Counted from the stretch's first letter, positions 47,751 through 61,758 are shown. The stretch is DNA of 64,000 nt from Mobula hypostoma (GCF_963921235.1 NC_086097.1:252714001-252778000), one strand, 5' to 3'. Numbers and translations: made by a program. Notes: generated from the letters alone by a model not told the origin.

Positions 47751-48747
47751 ACCACAGTTAGAGAGTTGTGGTGTGTCGGAGCTGTCTGCAGCTCCATCAC
47801 TTGCACCAACACTCCCTCATCTTCTTCCCGCACCACAGGAGGTACAAAACCTGTCTGTCGACCTTTTCCCCTCCCGCTCTCCATGCACCTGTGACTTCAT
47901 CCAAGTGACGTAACAAGTTACCGGCACTCCTTCCAAATCCGGTTGTTCCCTGCCTGCGGTTGTATCCTGTACTCTGGATTGGATAGCCACGTCGCATACC
48001 TCCATTCAGTCAGCAAGGAGAACACTGAGCTATCACTTGCCTCTCTAACTCAGACCATTCCCACGCTGACCTCACTGCCTTTGGCCGTTAAAGGATTAGA
48101 ATATAAACACAATATGGATGTAATGCTGAGGCTTTATAAGGCATTGGTCAGACCACAAAGAGTATTGTGAGGACTTTTGGGCTCCTTATCTAAGAAAAGA
48201 GGAGAGCTGTCGTCATTGGAGACTCTATAGTCAGGGGAGCAGACAGGAGATTTTGTGGACGTGAGAAGGACACCCACATGGTTTGTTGCCTCCCGGGTGC
48301 CAGGGTCCGGGATGTCTCTGACTGGGTGCATGACATCCTGGTACGAGAGGGAAAGCAACCAGAAGTCGTGATACATGTTGGGACCAACGACATAGACAGG
48401 AAGAGGGATGAGGTCCTGAAGTGTGAGTTTCGAGAACTAGGCAGAAGGCTGAAGAACAGGACCTCAAGGGTGGCGTTCACAGGATTGCTGCCAGTACTAC
48501 GTGACAGAGATGGTAAGAATTAGAGAAGATAGCAGTTGAATGCGTGGCTGAGGAGTTGGTGCAGGGGACAGGGTTTTAGATTTTTGGATCATTGGGATCT
48601 CTTCTGGGGAAGGTGGAACCTGTACAGATTGGATGGGTTGCACCTGAACTCGAGGGGGAGCAATATCCTTGCAGGAAGGTTTGCTAGCATGGTTCGGGAG
48701 GGCTTAAACTAATTTGCAAACATGATGGGACCCAGAGCGATAGAGCA

Positions 48748-51280
48748 GTGAAAGAAGTGCATGGAGTAAAGCCAGATCTAACATATAGAGAGGCTTTGAG
48801 GAAAGAGAAGCAGAATAAACGGTGTAAAGACAGTAAGGTAGAAGGGCTCAAATGTGTGTACCTCAGTGCAAGAAGCATCAGGAACAAAGGTGATGAACTG
48901 AGAGCTTGGATACATACATGGAATTATGATGTAGTGGCTATTACAGAGACTTGGCTGGCACCAGGGCAGGAATGGATTCTCAATATTCCCGGATTTCAGT
49001 GCTTTAAAAGGGGTAGAGAGGGCGGAAAAAGGGGAGGAGGGGTGGCATTACTGGTCAGAGATACTATTACAGCTACAGAAAGGGTGGGTAATGTAGCAGG
49101 ATCCTCTTTTGAGTCAATATGGGTGGAAGTCAGGAACAGGAAGGGAGCAGTTACTCTACTGGGGGTATTCTATAGGCCCCCTGGTAGCAGCAGAGATACA
49201 GAGGAGCAGATTGGGAGGCAGATTTTGGAAAGGTGCAAAAATAACAGGGTTGTTATCATGGGTGACTTTAACTTCCCTAATATTGATTGGCACCTGATTA
49301 GTTCCAAGGGTTTAGATGGGGCAGAGTTTGTTAAGTGTGTCCAGGATGGATTCCTGTCACAGTATGTGGACAGGCCAACTAGAGGGAATGCCATACTAGA
49401 TCTAGTACCGGGTCAGGTCACAGATCTCTCAGTGGGTGAGCATCTGGGGGACAGTGACCACTGCTCCCTGGCCTTTAGCATTATCATGGAAAAGGATAAA
49501 ATCAGAGAGGACAGGAAAATTTTTAATTGGGGAAGGACAAATTATGAGGCTATAAGGCTAGAGCTTGCGGGTGTGGATTGGGACGATGTTTTTGCAGGGA
49601 AATGTACTATGGACATATGGTCGATGTTTAGAGATCTCTTGCAGGATGTCAGGGATAAATTTGTCCCGGTGAGGAAGATAAAGAATGGTAGGGTGAAGGA
49701 ACCATGGGTGACAAGTGAGGTGGAAAATCTAGTCAGGTGGAAGAAGGCAGCATACATGAGGTTTAGGAAGCAAGGATCAGATGGGTCTATTGAGGAATAT
49801 AGGGAAGCAAGAAAGGAGCTTAAGAAGGGGTTGAGAAGAGCAAGAAGGGGGCATGAGAAGGCCTTGGCGAGTAAGGTAAAGGAAAACCCCAAGGCATTCT
49901 TCAATTATGTGAAGAACAAAAGGATGACAGGACTGAAGGTAGGACTGATTAGAGATAAAGGTGGGAAGATGTGCCTGGAGGATGTGGAAGTGAGCGAGGT
50001 CCTCAATGAATACTTCTCTTCGGTATTCACCAATGGGAGGGAACTTGATGATGGTGAGGACAATACGAGTGAGGTTGATGTCCCTTAATATGAAAGAGGA
50101 GGTTTTGGAGTTGTTAAAATACATTAGGACGGATAAGTCCCCGGGGCCTGACAGAATATTCCCCAGGCTGCTCCACGAGGCGAGGGAAGAGATTGCTGAG
50201 CCTCTGGCTAGGATCTTTATGTCCTCGTTGTCCACGGGAATGGTACTGGAGGATTGGAGGGAGGTGAATGTTGTCCCCTTGTTCAAAAAAGGTAGTAGGG
50301 ATAGTCTGGGTAATTATAGACTAGTGAGCCTTACATCTGTGGTGGGAAAGCTGTTGGAAAAAATTCTTAGAGATAGGATCTACGGGCGTTTAGAGAATCA
50401 TGGTCTGATCAGGGACCGTCAGCATGGCTTTATGAAGGGCAGATCGTGTCTAACAAGCCTGATAGAGTTCTTTGAGGAGGTGACCAAGCATATAGATGAG
50501 TGTAGTGCAGTGGATGTGATCTATATGGATTTTAGTAAGGCATTTGACAAAGTTCCACATGGTAGGCTTATTCAGAAAGTCAGAAGGCATGGGATTCAAA
50601 GAAGTTTGGCCAGGTAGATTCAGAATTGGCTTGCCTGCAGAAGGCAGAGGGTCGTGGTGTAGGGAGAACATTCAGATTGGAGGATTGTGACTAATGGTGT
50701 CCCACAAGGATCTGTTCTGGGACCTCTACTTTTCGTGATTTTTATTGACGACCTGAATGTGGGGGTAGAAGGGTGGGTTGGCAAATTTGCAGATGACACA
50801 AAGGTTGGTGGTGTTGTAGATAGTGCAAAGGATTGTTGAAGATTGCAGAGAGATATTGATAGGATGCAGAAGTGGGCTGAGAAGTGGCAGATGGAGTTCA
50901 ACCTGGAAAAGTGTGAGGTGGTACACTTTGGAAGGACAAACTTCAAGGCAGAATACAAAGTAAATGGCAGGATACTTGGTAGTGTGAAGGAAGAGAGGGA
51001 TCTGGGGGTACATGTCCACAGATCCCTGAAAGTTGCATCACAGGTGGATAGGGTAGTTAAGAAAGCTTATGGGGTGTTAGCTTTCATAAGTGGAGGGATA
51101 GAGTTTAAGAGTCGCGATGTAATGATGCGGCTCTATAAAACTCTGGTTAGGCCACACTTGGAGTACTGTGTCCAGTTCTAGTCACCTCACTATAGGAACC
51201 ATGTGGAAGCATTGGCAAGGGTACGGAGGAGATTTACCAGGACGCTGCCTGGTTTAGAGAGTATGCATTATGATCAGAGA
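48748..51280 (+). pseudogene. CR1 ORF2 (APE endonuclease and RT), disrupted
   Basis: ORF pieces 48748-50088, 50006-50617 and 50843-51181 with stops and frameshifts. Confidence 0.9.
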
Positions 51281-51284
51281 TTAA

Positions 51285-54255
51285 TAAGAATTAATAAGAA
51301 ATAAGTCAAAAATACTGTGCAGTAAAGATGGCAAGAAGGACAGGCCGGAGAATATACAGGATAATTTGCTGCAAAATAGAAATATAGCAAAATCGGCAAC
51401 AGATACTGATCTAAATGTACTGTACTTAAATGCACGCAGCTTTAGAAATAAAGTGGATGACCTTGCTGCACAGCTGCAGGTTAAAAGATATGACATTGTG
51501 GCCATCGCCAAGTCATGGCTAAATGATGGATGTGATTGGGAGCTGAATATCCAAGGATACACAGTGTATAGGAAAGATAGGAAGGTAGGTAAAGGGGGTG
51601 GCGTGGCCCTGATGGTAAGTAACGATATCAAATCAATAGAAAGAAAGGACATAGGATCAGAAGAGGTAGAATCCTTATGGGTAGAATTAAGAAATGGCAA
51701 CGGTAAAAGGACACTAATAGCAGTTATATACAGGCCTCCAAACAGCAGCCGGGATGTGGACTACAAGTTGCAGCTGGGAATAGAAAAAGCGTGTCAGGAG
51801 GAAAATGTCAAGATAGTTTTTGGGGATTTTAATATGAAAGTGGATTGGGAAAGTCAGGAAGGTACTGGATCTCAGGAGAGGGAGTTTGTAGAATGCCTAC
51901 AGGATGGCTTTTTGGAGCAGCTTGTCCAGAAGCCCACCAGGGGACCGGCTGTTTTGGATTGGTGCTGTGTAACGAACCTGAGGCGATTAGGGAGCTGGAG
52001 ATAAAGGAACCCCTTGGAAGTAGAGATCATAATATGATTGAGTTCAGTTTCAAATTTGAAAAGGTGTATCGATATTTCAGTGGAACAGGGGAAATTACAG
52101 CGGTATGAGAGAGGAGCTGGTCCAAGTTGATTGGAAAAGTATGCTAAATGGAGGGATGGCAGAGCAGAATTGGATGAAATTCCTACAAGAAATAAGGAAA
52201 ATGCAGGAAAAATATATTCCAAGAAAAAAGAAAATCATGAATGGAAAAATGGCACAAATGTGGCTAACGAGAGAGGTTAAGGCAAAAATAAAAGCAAAAG
52301 AAATGGCGTACAAGGAAGCAAAAATTAGTGGGAAAAATGAGGACTGGAAGACTTTTAAAAACTTACAGAAGGAAACTAAGAAAGTCATTAGGAAAGAAAA
52401 GATGAATTATGAAAGGAAGTTGGTGATTAACATAAAAAAAGGATACTAAGAGTTTTTTTAAATATATGAAGAGTAGAAGAGTGGCAAGGGTAGATATGGG
52501 ACCGATTGAAAATAATGCTGGAGTAATTATAATGGATAACAAAGAGATGGCGGAGGAATCTGAATGAGTATTTTGCATCAGTCTTCACAGTGGAAGACAT
52601 GAGCAATATACCTGATAGCCAGAGGTATCAGGGAATAGAATTAGGTACGGTCAAGATTACTAGAGAGAAAGTGCTTGGGAAGCTAAATGGACTAAGAATA
52701 GTTAAGTCTCCCGGTCCGGATGAGGTGCACCCAAGGGTTCTGAAGGGGGTGGCTTTGGAGATTGTGGAAGCATTGGAAATGATCTTCCAGGAATCAATAG
52801 ACTCTGGCATGGTTCCGGAGGACTGGAAGGTCGCAAATGTAGTTCCGTTATTTAAGAAAGGAAGGAGGCAATAAAAAGAAAATTACAGACCTATTAGTCT
52901 GACATCATTAGTTGGAAAGATATTGGAGTCAATCCTCAAGGACGAGGTTATGAAATACCTCAAGGTGCATGACAAGATAGGCCGAAGCCAGCATGGTTTC
53001 ATGAAGGGAAGATCCTGCCTCACCAACCTATTGGAATTTTTTGAGGTAATCTCGAATAAGATTGACAAGGGAGAGGCTGTGGATGTTGTGTATTTGGATT
53101 TTCAAAAGGCCTTCGATAAGGTGCCGCATATGAGGCTGCTTAATAAGATGAGAGCCCATGGAATTATAGGAAAGATATTGAAATGGGTGGAGCATTGGCT
53201 GATAGGCAGAAAGCAAAGGGTGGGAATAAAGGGATCCTATTCTGATTGGTTGCCAGTTACTAGTGGTGTTCCGCAGGGGTCGGTGTTGGGGCCGCTTCTT
53301 TTTACAATGTATTTTGATGATTTGGATTATGGATTAAATGGTTTTGTGGCTAAGTTTGCGGATGACACCAAGATAGGTGGAGGAGCAGGAACTGTTGAAG
53401 AAACGGAAAGGTTGCAGAGAGACTTAGTCAGTTTAGGAGAGTGGGCAAAGAAATGGCAGATGAGATATAACGTTGACAAATGTACGGTTGTACATTTTGG
53501 AAGAAGAAATAATCAGGCAGATTATTATTTAGATGGGGAGAAAATTCAAAAATCGGAAGTGCAAAGGGACTTGGGGGTCCTCGTGCAGGATACCCTAAAG
53601 GTTAACCACCAAGTTGGATTGGCGAATGCTATGTTGGCTATAGTGTATAAGAGTAAGGAGGTGTTGATGAGGCTCTATGGGGCATTAGTGAGACCTCATT
53701 TAGAATACTGTGTGCAGTTTTGGGCCCCCTATCTTAGAAAGGATGTACTGATGTTGGAGAGAGTTCAGAGAAGATTTACAAGGATGATTACTGGAATGCA
53801 GGGGCTAACATATGAGGAGCGTTTATCGGCTCTTGGATTGTATTCATTAGAGTATAGAAGAATGAGAGGGGATCTTATAGAAACATTTCGAATGTTGAAA
53901 GGGTGGGACAGAGTAGATGTGGAAAGGTTGTTTCCTTTGGTGGGTGAGTCCAGGACAAGAGGCCATAATCTTAGAATTAGAGGGTACCCAGTTAAAACGG
54001 AGATGAGGAGAAATTTTTTTAGCCAGAGGGTCGTGGATTTGTGGAATTCGTTGCCACATACAGCTGTGGAGGCCCGATCATTGAGGTTTTAAGGAGGAGA
54101 TTGACAGGTATCTAATTAGTCAGGGTATCAAGGGATATGGGGAAAAAGTCGGAAATTGGAACTAGATGGGTGAATAGTTTAGCTCATGGGGGAGCTGCGG
54201 AGCAGACTCGATGGGCCGAATGGCCTACTTCTGCTCTTTTGTCTTGTGATCTTGT
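51285..54255 (+). mobile_element. Second CR1 family copy nested in the first, with nearly all of ORF2
   Basis: LYLNARS...YRPP...GDFN; RT ORF 52923-54092; (TCTTGTGA)n tail; GATTAA on both sides. Confidence 0.95.
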
Positions 54256-54660
54256 GATTAAGGGAGCTAGGGCTTTACTCTTTGAAGAAAAGGAGGATGA
54301 CAGGAGACATGATAGAGGTATACAAGATAATAAGAGGAATAGATAGAGTGGATAGCCAGCGTCTCTTCCGCAGGGCACCACTGCTCAATACAAGAGGACA
54401 TGGCTTTAAGGTAAGGGGTGGGAAGTTCAAGGGGGATATTAGAAGAAGGTATTTTACTCAGAGAGTGGTTGGTGCGTGGAATGCACTGCCTGAGTCAGTG
54501 GTGGAGGCAGATACACTGGTGAAGTTTAAGAGACTACTAGACAAGTATATGGAGGAATTTAAGGTGGAGGGTTATATGGGAGGCAGGGTTTGAGGGTCGG
54601 CACAACATTTTGGGCCAAAGGGCCTGTACTGTCCTGTACTATTCTATGTTCTATGTTCTA

Positions 54661-56530
54661 TATACATTAATGATTTGGATGATGGGATGGTAAATTGGAT
54701 TAGTAAGTATGCAGATGATACTAAGATAGGTGGAGTTGTGGATAATGAAATAGGTTTTCAAAGCTTGCAGAGAGATTTAGGCCAGTTAGAAGAGTGGGCT
54801 GAAAGATGGCAGATTGAGTTTAATGCTGATAAATGTGAGGTGCTACATTTTGGTAGGACTAATCAAAATAGGATGTACATGGTAAATGGTAGGGCATTGA
54901 AGAATGCTGTAGAACAGAGGGATCCAGGAATAATGGTGCATAGTTCCCTGAAGGTGGAATCTCATGTGGATAGGGTGGTGAAGAAAGCTTTTGGTATGCT
55001 GGCCTTTATAAATCAGAGCATTGAGTATAGGAGTTGGGATGTAATGTTGAAATTGTACAAGGCATTGGTGATGCTAAATTTGGAGTATTGTGTACAGTTT
55101 TGGTCACTGAATTATAGGAAAGATGTCAACAAAATAGAGAGAGTACAGAGAAGATTTACTAGAATGTTACCTGGGTTTCATCTCCTAAGTTACAGAGAAA
55201 GGTTGATTAAGTTGGGTCTTTATTCTTGGAGCGCAGAAGGTTGAGGGGGTCTTGATAGATGTATTTAAAATTATGAGGGGGATAGATAGAGTTGATGTGG
55301 ACAGGTTTTTTCCATTGAGAGTGGGAGAGATTCAAACAAGAGGACATGAGTTGAGTGTTAAAGGGCAAAAGTTTAGGGGTAACATGAGGGGGAACTTCTT
55401 TACTCGGAGAGTGGTGGCTGTGTGGAATGAGCTTCCAGCAGAAGTGGTTGAGGCAGGTTCGATGTTGTCATTTAAAGTTAAATTGGATAGATATATGGAC
55501 AGGAAAGGAATGGAGGGTTATGGGCTGAGTGCAGGTCCGTGGGACTAGGTGAGAGTTAGAGTTCGGCACGGACTAGAAGGGCCAAGATGGCCTATTTCCG
55601 AGCTGTAATTGTTATATAGTTATATGGTTATATGGTTATGTGCTTCAAGGTAATCTGTAATCTCATCCCTAGCAATCGATTCCAATAACTTCCCAACCAA
55701 TGATGTCAGGCTAACAGGTCTATAGTTTCCTTTCTGCTGCCTCCCACCCTTCTTAAATAGCAGACTAACATTTGCAATTTTCTAGTCATCTGGTACAATG
55801 CCAGAATCTATAGATTCTTGAAAGATCATTGTTAATGCCTCCACAATCTCTCCAGCTACTTCCTTCAGAACCCAAGGGTGCACTCTAACAGGTCCAGGAG
55901 ATTTATCCACCCTCAGACCATTAATCTTCCTGAGTACCTTTTCAGTCATTATTTTCACTGCACAAACTTCACTTCCCTGACACTCTTGAATGTTCGGTAT
56001 ACTGCAGATGTTTTCCACTATGAAGACTGATGTAAAATACACATTCAGTTCCTCTGCCATCTCTGCATCTCTCATTACCATATCTCCAGCGTCATTTTGC
56101 GATGGTCCTATATCTACCCTTGACTCTCTTTTACCCTTTATATACTTAAAAAAGCTTATAGTATCTTCTTTGATATTAGTCGCCAGCTTCCTTTCATAAT
56201 TCATCTTTTCCTTCATCATGACTTTGTTAGTTTCCTTCTGCAAGTTTTTAAAAGCTTCCCAATCTATCTTCACACTAGCTCTAGCTTCCTTGTATGCCCT
56301 CTCTTTTGCTTTTACTTTGGCTCTGACTTCACTTGTCAGCTGTGGCAGTGTCTTTCTTTCTTCCCTTTGAAAATTTCTTCTTATTTGGAATATATCTATC
56401 TTGCACTTCTCTCATTTTTCGCAGAAACTCCAGCCATTGGTGCTCTGCTATCCTTCCTGCTGGTGTCCCTTTCTAGTTAACCTTGGCTAGTTCCCCTCTC
56501 ATGCCATTGTAATTTTCTTTATTCCACTGA
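54661..56530. mobile_element. CR1 (54661-55638 plus, TTATATGG tail) and CR1 (55640-56530 minus)
   Basis: KYADDTK and KCEVLHFG; KSPGP..VHP.VLKE on minus. Confidence 0.9.
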
Positions 56531-56839
56531 TCTCAGAACCAGGATCCTGAGTCTCAGAAAGTAGTCTTTTGTCCCATCATAGTGTTGCTACAATCTAAAC
56601 ATCACTGTCTGAGGATCAGCGAAATCTGCAGCGAAACCACCTTCCAGCTACACCGAGGGTGTTCGTTCTGCCTCAGGAGACCAGAGTATAAATCCTGTCG
56701 TGATGCTGCATCTCATTGTGATGTGTCCCACTGATGTCACCATGGCCTTGTGATGTCAGGGACTGACTTCTCCCTGAGTGGGGTCATACCCCAACATCTC
56801 CAAATTGTGAATCAGAATCCGGTTGAATGTCACTGACAT

Positions 56840-57010
56840 ATGGTGCCTATAAAATGTACTCATCCCTCTTGGAAGTTTCCATGTTTTGTTGTTTTACAAT
56901 ATTGAATCAGAAAGGATTTAATTTGGCTTTCTTTGACACTGATTAACAAAAAAATACTGTTTCATGTCAAAGTGAAAACAGATCTCTACAAAGTGATCTA
57001 AATTAATTAC
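56840..57010. mobile_element. Tc1 terminal fragment
   Basis: GTGCCTATAAAATGTACTCATCCCTCTTGG resembles vertebrate Tc1 TIRs. Confidence 0.5.
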
Positions 57011-57015
57011 ACTGA

Positions 57016-57266
57016 GATCCAGCCTCGAACACTCCCACTGTCCCACAATTGGGATCCAGCCTGGAACATTCCCACTGTCCCACAGTTGGGATCCAGCCGG
57101 GAGCATTCCCATTCTCCCACAACTGGTAAAAAAAAAAAAAATTAAATAAGGATGATCATAGGTTAAAAAGAAGTAACAGTAATGGAGTGAAGCCAAAATC
57201 AACCTCACTCTATGAGAGCCTCCTGAAGAATCCCACAGTTGGGATCCAGCCTTGAACACTCCCCCT
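57016..57266. repeat. 37-bp repeat, 3 tandem copies plus one detached copy
   Basis: GATCCAGCC at 57016, 57053, 57090 and 57243. Confidence 0.85.
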
Positions 57267-57489
57267 GCCTCAGACATTTTGTCTGTGTTACTCCAAATAA
57301 ATCTTAGCTCTTTAATGGTGTTATCAGGAAGCGGTTTCACCATCAGCAAATTATTTGGTTTAAGTATGTATAGGAATTTTGGTTCTTACATGCAGGGGAA
57401 AATCTGAGGCTGCAGTTCAGATACACAGCCAGAGGTGGCGCCCTGGGTCTTGGTAGAGCAGTTTCTAAGTAAAACACCTCTTTCTACAT

Positions 57490-57885
57490 TTAAACGCAAG
57501 AGATTCTGCAGATGCTGCAAATCTAGAGTAAGACATACAAACTGCTGGAGGAACTAGTCAGCAGGTCAGGTAGCATCTACGGAAATGAATAAAGAGTCAA
57601 TGTTTCGTGCTGAGACCCTTCTCCAAGGCTGGAAAGGAAGGGAGAAGAAGGGGGCACTGTAGGCACGGACAAAATGCTGGAGGAACTCAGCAAGTCAAGC
57701 AGCATCTATGGAAGTGAATAACTAGTTGATATTTAACTGAGATCCTTCAATAGGACTGGAAAGGGGGAAGACGCCACAATAAGAAGGAAGAGGGTGGGGT
57801 AGGAATACAGGCCGGCAGGTGATATGTGAGACCAGGGGAGGGGGAAGGTAGGTGGTTGGGGGAGGGGGATGAATTAAGAAGCTCG
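57490..57885 (-). mobile_element. Two tandem degenerate Penelope terminal repeats
   Basis: TGCTGGAGGAACTCAGCA..CAGCATCTA motif twice, each followed by an eroded hammerhead. Confidence 0.65.
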
Positions 57886-58084
57886 TCACACATTATTTCA
57901 TTCGTTACTGCAAATGCATCAAGGACTGTTTGTTTGCAGATGAGGCGACATGGTAGAGTAGCGTCTCGCTAAAACTTTAGAGCATCACCGATCGGGATTC
58001 AATTTGCATTGTTTGTTCATTTGTTTGTTCTCCCCCTGACCGCGTGGGTTTCCTCTGGGTTCTCCAGTTTCCTTCTGCAATAGT

Positions 58085-58645
58085 CACATGGGTGCAGTTT
58101 TGGTCCCCTAATCTGAGGAAAGACATTCTTTCCATAGAGGGAGTACAAAGAAGGTTCACCAGATTGATTCCTGGGATGGCAGGACTTTCATATGATGAAA
58201 GACTGGATCGACTAGGCTTATACTCGTTGGAATTTAGAAGATTGAGGGGGATCTGATTGAAACGTATAAAATTCTAAAGTGATTGGACAGGCTAGATGTA
58301 GGAAGATTGTTCCCGATGTTGGGGAAGTCCAGAATGAGGGGTCACAGTTTAAGGATAAAGGGGAAGCCTTTTAGGACCGAGATGAGGAAAAACTTCTTCA
58401 CACAGAGAGTGGTGAATCTGTGGAATTCTCTGCCACAGGAAACAGTTGAGACCAGTTCATTGGCTATATTTAAGAGGGAGTTAGATATGGCCCTTGTGGC
58501 TAAAGGAATCGGGGGGTATGGAGGGAAGGCTGGTACAGGGGTCTGAGTTGGATGATCAGCCATGATCATACTGAATGGCGGTGCAGGATCGAAGGGCCGA
58601 ATGGTCTACTCCTGCACCTATTTTCTATGTTTCTATGTTTCTATG
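58085..58645 (+). mobile_element. CR1 3' fragment
   Basis: VQFWSP.LRKD and FFTQRVVNLWNSLP; (TTTCTATG)n tail. Confidence 0.9.
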
Positions 58646-58934
58646 GGTGTAATTGGGCAGCGTGAACTCACCAGAGCAGAAGAACATGTTACCTCTAAAA
58701 GAATAAAATTAAAAGTTTCAGATGTGTAATGTGCACAACCTACAATATAATCACCACACTTCGGCATTTTGGCCAGAGCACCCTGATACCATGTTGTATC
58801 TGTTAATAAAAACCTTCCATGACTGCAAAACGTTTACACAATGGACTACCCTCTCCTGAGGGGGGCAATCCCAAGCCTGCAAATAAAGCTTGGGCAGACT
58901 GGAGTGACCGCCGGGTAATTATCAGTTCAGGATT

Positions 58935-59455
58935 ACATACTCTCTATGGTCACTTTATCATTACCTCCTGACCGAATAAAGTGGCCACTGAGTCTATGTT
59001 TGTGATCTTCCGCTGCTGTAGCCCATCCACTTCAAGCTTCAAAATGTTGTGTATTCAGGGATGCTCTCCTGCACACCACTGTTATAACCTCTGGTTATCT
59101 GAATAACTGTTGCCTTCCTGCCAGCTTGAACCAGACTGGCCATTCTCCTCTGATCTCTCTCATTAATGAGGAGTCTTCATCCACAGCACTGCCACTCACT
59201 GGATTTTTTTTTTTGTTTTTTGCACCATTCTCTGTAAACTCTAGAGACTGCTGTGGTGAAAATCCCAGGAGATCAGCAGTTTCTGAGATACTCAAACCAC
59301 CCCATCTGGCACCAACAATCATTCCACGGTCAAAGTCATTTAGATCACATTTCTTCCCCATTCTGATGTTTGGCCTGAACAACAACTGAACCTCTTGACC
59401 ATATCTGTATGCTTTTATGCGTTGAGTTGATGTCAGGTGATTAGATATTTGCATT
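58935..59455 (-). mobile_element. Tc1-like remnant of the same family as 17330-17905
   Basis: MGKKCDLNDFDRGMIVGARWGGLSISETADLLGFS. Confidence 0.8.
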
Positions 59456-59459
59456 AGCT

Positions 59460-60700
59460 ATTCACTACAGAAAAGGACCTTGGCTATTGTAAGGATGACT
59501 TACAGTGGACTGAAAAGCTTGAGCATATAGACATTAAGAAAGAGGATGTGCTAGAGCTTTTGGAAAGCATCAATTTAAATAAGTCACAGGGACCAGATGA
59601 GATGTACCCCGGGTTACTGTGGGAGGCGAGGGAGGAGATTGCTGAGCTTCTGGCAATGATAGACCAGTTCTGGATCCTCACAACTAGGTCCCCTTGGATC
59701 CCATACCTCCTTGCTTTCTTAATAAGCCTTGCATAGGGTACCTCATCAAATGTCTTGCTGAAATCCATATTCACTACATCTATGGCTCTACCTTCATCAA
59801 TGTGTTTAGTCACATCCTCAAAAAATTCAAACAGGCTCGTAAGGCACAACCTGCCTTTGACAAAGCCATGCTGACTATTGCTAATCATACTATGCCTCTC
59901 CAAATGTTCATAATTTCTGCCTCACAGGATCTTCTCCATCAACTTACCAACCACTGAAGTGGTTATAGACTCACTGGTCTATAATTTCCTGGGCTATCTC
60001 TACTTCCTTTCTTGAATAAGGGAACAACATCTGAAATCCTCCAATCCTCCGGAACCTTTCCCATCCCCATTGATGATACAAAGATCATCGCCAGAGGCTC
60101 AGCAATGTCCTCTCTCACCTCCTACAGTTACCTAGGGTACATATCATCTGGTCCTGGCGACTTATCCAACTTGATGCTTTCCAAAAGCTCCAGCACATCC
60201 TCTTTCTTAATATCTACATGCTCAAGCTTTTCAGTCTGCTGCAAGTCATCACTACAATTGCCAAGATCCTTTTCCATAGTGAATACTGAAGCAAAGTATT
60301 CATTAAGTACCTCTGCTATCTTCTCCAGTTCTATACATACTTTTCCACTGTCACACTTGATTAGTCCTATTCTCTCATGTCTTATTCTCCCATGTTCCTA
60401 AAGAACAGGAAATGTTTAGAGAGTTTAAGGTATAGGAACCCTTTGGAGGCAGAGATCAGAATATAATAATATTCACCCTGCAGTTTCAGAAAGAGAAGCT
60501 AAAATCAGTTGTATCCGTATTACAGTGGTGTAAAGAGAATCATAAAGGCACGAAAGAAGAGCAAGCCAAAGTTAGAAGCTGGGACAAAGATATGGTGAAG
60601 GACCTTTATGAGTATTTTATGACAACCTTCACTGAGGAAGACACTAGTAGAATATCAGAAATGTGAAGTGTTGGGGCAGAAGACAGTGTTGGTGCTATTC
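59460..60700. mobile_element. CR1 ORF2 fragments with a local inversion (59460-59660 plus; 59680-60390 minus)
   Basis: The same CR1 segment occurs in both orientations; QHGFVKGR. Confidence 0.8.
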
Positions 60701-60704
60701 CTAA

Positions 60705-61758
60705 CTGGAAGCCACAATCTTTGTGGATTGGTGATAACATCTCCTCCTCACTGACAATCAACACTGGTGCACCTCAGGAGTGTGTGCTTAGCCCACTGCT
60801 CTACTCTCTGTATACACATGACTGTGTGGCTAGGCATACCTCAAATACCATCTATAAATTTGCTGATGATATAACCATTGTTGGTAGAATCTCAGGTGGT
60901 GATGAGAGGGCATACAGGAGTGAGATATGCCAACTAGTGGAGTGGTGTCACAGCAACAACCTGGCACTCAATGTCAGTAAGATGAAAGAGCTGATTGTGG
61001 ACTTCAGGAAGGGTAAGACGAAGGAACATATACCAATCCTCATTGAGGGATCAGAAATGGAGAGAGTGAGCAGTTTCAAGTTCCTGGGTGTCAAGATCTC
61101 TGAGGATCTAACCTGGTCCCAACATATCGATGTAGTTACAAAGAAGGCAAGACAACGGCTATACTTTATTAGGAGTTTGAAGAGATTTGGCATGTCAACA
61201 AATACACTCAAAAACTTCTATAGTTGTACCGTGAAGAGCATTCTGACAGGCTGCATCTCTCTACTGCACAGGACCGAAAGAAGCTGCAGAAGATTATAAA
61301 TCTAGTCAGCTCTGTCTTGGGCACTAACCTACAAAGTACCCAGGACATCTTTAAGGAGTGGTGTTTCAGAAAGGCAGCGTCTATTATTAAGGACCTCCAG
61401 CACCCAGGGCATGCCCTTTTCTCACTGTTACCATCAGGTAGGAGGTACAGAAGCCTGAAGGCTCACACTCAGTGATTCAGAAACAGCTTCTTCCCCTCTG
61501 CCATCTGATTCCTAAATGGATATTGAATCTTTGGACACTACCTCACTTTTTTAAAAAATATACAGTATTTCTATTTTTTGCACATTTTTAAAATCTATTC
61601 AATACACGTAATTGATTCACTTGTTTATTTATTATTATATTATATTTTATTTATTGTTATTACTTTTTTCTTTCTGCTAGATTATGTATTGTATTGAACT
61701 GCTGCTGCTAAGTTAACAAATTTCACATCACATGCCAGTGATAGTAAACCTGATTCTG
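60705..61758 (+). mobile_element. Rex1/Babar LINE 3' portion inserted in a CR1
   Basis: [54 protein letters not shown]. Confidence 0.92.

Larger units (their letters stand above)
48195..54660 (+). mobile_element. Long CR1 LINE with ORF1 esterase part and ORF2 APE-RT, interrupted at 51284/54256
   Basis: VVIGDSIVRG, CLPGARV, HVGTND, DGLHLN (SGNH/GDSL esterase-like ORF1); ORF2 from 48748 with ITETW, YRPP, MGDFN, SDH; RT motifs; (TTCTATG)n tail. Confidence 0.95.
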
